Assembly (NCBI GenBank): GCA_964016885.1
Contig: CAXHJY010000863.1
Coordinates: forward strand, 1-30,657
DNA from: Eledone cirrhosa
Lineage: Eukaryota
Direction: 5' to 3'
Length of the DNA stretch: 30,657 nucleotides
How positions within the stretch are numbered: position 1 is the first letter of the stretch; each line of letters begins with the position of its first letter. The translations under genes were made by a program, and so were the position numbers. Below the pieces are notes generated by a model. That model searched no databases, was not told the DNA's origin, and saw only the letters and a list, made by a program, of their open reading frames with translations. Positions 28,005-30,657 of the stretch are shown one piece after another.

Positions 28005-28209
28005 TCTACAACAACAACAACAACGTCAACAACAACTACAACACAAACATCAATTCTATCATTGACAATGATGCTGAGTCCCTCCTTGTATCAATATTGT
28101 CACCATTTGTGCCATATACCCGCGGCATTAACACCCCGAATATACCCCTGTATCTCACCCTTTCATATCTCTTTCTCTCTCTCTCTCACTTACTTTCATA
28201 GCCCAGCAG

Positions 28210-28253
<44 letters not shown>

Positions 28254-28523
28254 CACAGTATATATATTACACTTTATATCTATCTATCTATCTAGATTGC
28301 TCCTTATTTCTCTCTCTCTATGCCTATTTATCTATCTATCTATTTATCTGTCTGTCTATCTATATACAGTCATACAAACACAAGCCCACCAGCCAACCCG
28401 CATTCTCCCTCCCCCCACCTCTACCACAGGCCCACACATATACAGGAGCCTCACAGAGAAAGGACCCTAAAAATCCTGCAACACAGCCTCACCACACACA
28501 ATAAACATATACCACATCTTATA

Positions 28524-28634
28524 TGTGGTCCCTCACCTAAGATCTACCCAACACAACCCCGCCAGAAACACATATCATCTCTGTGGTCCCTCACCTAAGA
28601 TCTACCCAACGCAACCCCGCCACAAACACATATC
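28524..28634. repeat. 58 bp tandem duplication
   Basis: tgtggtccctcacctaagatctacccaac.. at 28524 and 28582. Confidence 0.9.
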
Positions 28635-28705
28635 TCACAAACTTCAGCTCCATCGTATTTACCCATAACCCCAACAAAAAACCTCATCGGTGTTGCATTG
28701 TAACA

Positions 28706-28886
28706 TAACTGTTTCTACTTTTGGCACAAGGCCAGCAATTATATCAGTGTATTACTTTTATCGACCCCGTAAGGATTAAAAGCAAAGTTAACCTCGGCGG
28801 GATTTGAACTCAGACCATAAAGGGCCGTAACTCTTTCCTGCAAAGCATGGCGTCCAACCCTCTACCGATACTGCCAATCCACCGCC
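28706..28886 (-). mobile_element. Near full-length tRNA-derived SINE, same subfamily as 27528
   Basis: Reverse-complement homology end to end. Confidence 0.85.
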
Positions 28887-29014
28887 CTTTGAAAAATAAT
28901 GATTACCGGACTTTTCTTATATCCTCAGTACTGATTTCTACTTTAGGCAAAGGCCAGTAAATGTATTTCCCGTTGCTGTAGCTGGAAAAAATAAACTTCA
29001 GATGGACTGATTAG

Positions 29015-29135
29015 CTTTGCTTTCACACTTATGGGGTCGATAAAATAAAGTACCAACAACGCACTTGGGTCGATTTAATCGACTCCCCCTCCTCCTTGAA
29101 AAAACCTGGCCTATGCCTAAATCAGAAAGCATTAT
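29015..29135 (+). mobile_element. 3' part of tRNA-derived SINE
   Basis: ggggtcgataaaataaagtacc..gggtcgatttaatcgact..gcctaaatcagaaa. Confidence 0.75.
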
Positions 29136-29437
29136 CATTTGATACTTCCTCATTTATAGCCACTGATTCACAAAGATGTTTTGCTTAAATGACCTCACTT
29201 TAATCGTGTAAAAATAATCGATCGCTTCAACACCACATTAGACTTCTAACGTGCTACATAAGTGTAATACTTTTGGTATTTTCACTTTAGGAAATAACAT
29301 TTATCGCCTATTACTCCCCACAGGAAACAATAATCATTAATGTTTATAATTGTTATCTATTCAATCATACTATTAAACAAATTGAAACAGAATGATAAAG
29401 ACTCTCCTCCTTGTAAAAGGAATCTTAGTTGCTTATG

Positions 29438-29550
29438 AAGTAGCCATCTTTTTCAAACTGTTCATTTTGTGTGCATATAAAGTAGCCATCTTTTCAAACT
29501 GTTCACCATTTTGTGTGCATATAAAGTAGCCATCTTTTCAAACTGTTCAC
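29438..29550. repeat. ~43 bp tandem repeat, about 2.6 copies
   Basis: aagtagccatcttttcaaactgttca.. Confidence 0.9.
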
Positions 29551-29672
29551 GATTCGGCGACGAACTCATATACTAAGCATATCTGACGACCTATCGATTA
29601 CAGAGTCAAGTTCGATCTATAGTAGATTCAAATATCACAGAGAGAAAGAGAGAGAGAGAGAAAGAGAGAGAT

Positions 29673-29728
<56 letters not shown>

Positions 29729-29826
29729 AGAAATAAGGTGGAATAGAAATGAAACATGGATTACAGGTTAAAATAAAGTCTAGATAGATGTGGAAAAAAA
29801 ACGAGGATGTATTTATGGAGCAGCCA

Positions 29827-30284
29827 AATGATTTAGAAGTTGACCTTAAGTAGGAGCAATAACATTAAGAAAGGCATGAACGACACCACAACACTTTGTT
29901 TTGAAAATTTTGAAAGTAGGTTTATAAGTATGAATTTTCATCAGATTTTTGTAGTAGTCTCTGTGGCCTAGCGGTAGGTACTAGAGACGATGGAGATCCT
30001 GGTCTTGGGTTCAATCCTGGTCAAGAGATACATGCACCCTTTTTATTTTACGACCAATAGAAAAAAACTAAAAAGGTTTACCGGAAACCCGACCCCGATC
30101 GAACTCCGGACCAGGAGCACCACCGTCAATGATTCCTCCCAACTCGGCCACCGAGACATCTACAATACTATAATGAAAATTGATAATTATAAACCTACTT
30201 TCAAAATCAAAGTTAAAAAGATGTGGTGGAGTTCATGGCTTTCCTAGAGTTATTAGTAATATTTAGGGTCGACGTCTGGTCATT
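29827..30284. mobile_element. Diverged long inverted repeat with a tRNA-like head in each arm
   Basis: 29827-30022 vs 30091-30284; A/B boxes at 29957-30030 (+) and ~30085-30157 (-). Confidence 0.7.
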
Positions 30285-30657
30285 ATTGAAAGTCTCTGGA
30301 TTTCGCAAAATACACAATATTTTTTATTGGAGAAGGTAAGACATTTTTCCGTAAAAATTTGATTGCACTATTTTCTTTCCACTTATGTATTTTTTTTAAA
30401 TGTTATTTATTCCTTATGTAAATTAAATGATAGCATTCTATATGTAGGTGGGCCCCCTTCTCTTGGCAACCAATATTTTTAGATCAAGTCCCGCACTGTA
30501 TATATATATATAATGCCAATCAATGTAAGTTTGAATTTAACTGACATGCAAGAACATATATATAGGAATAAGGTAAGCCCAAATCATAGTAGATTCAAAT
30601 ATCACAGAGTGAAAGAAAGAAAGAAAGAGAGGGGGGGGGGAATGAGGTGGAGCAGAA

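Noticed and set aside
29583-29610. CTGACGA core
   Set aside because: No downstream GAAA or stem II
29957-30030. Functional tRNA gene
   Set aside because: T-stem and anticodon arm do not pair properly
30480-30502. Tc1-like end (cactgta followed by TA)
   Set aside because: No matching second TIR found

Overview
Eukaryotic, extremely microsatellite-rich DNA, about half (TA)n-derived. The SINE, MITE and microsatellite style suggests an octopus or other coleoid cephalopod; this is inference from repeat style, not a database match. No intact host gene is visible, and nearly all ORF-track entries are simple-repeat artefacts. Real content: (1) a nest of L1/Tx1-clade non-LTR retrotransposon pieces (zf-RVT-type ORF2 3' ends and one CCHC-knuckle ORF1) linked by (TATC)n; (2) several tRNA-derived SINE copies; (3) piggyBac-type and Tc1/mariner-type MITEs; (4) most notably, short non-coding, often fold-back elements beside (TA)n tracts that carry minimal type-I hammerhead ribozyme motifs, like Penelope-like-element termini. 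One hammerhead family has four motifs with covarying stem II and a recurrent GAUA core variant. (5) A long inverted repeat with two convergent tRNA-like heads lies inside a possible ~967 bp repeat unit at the window end. All structures were read by eye; no folding or searches were run.
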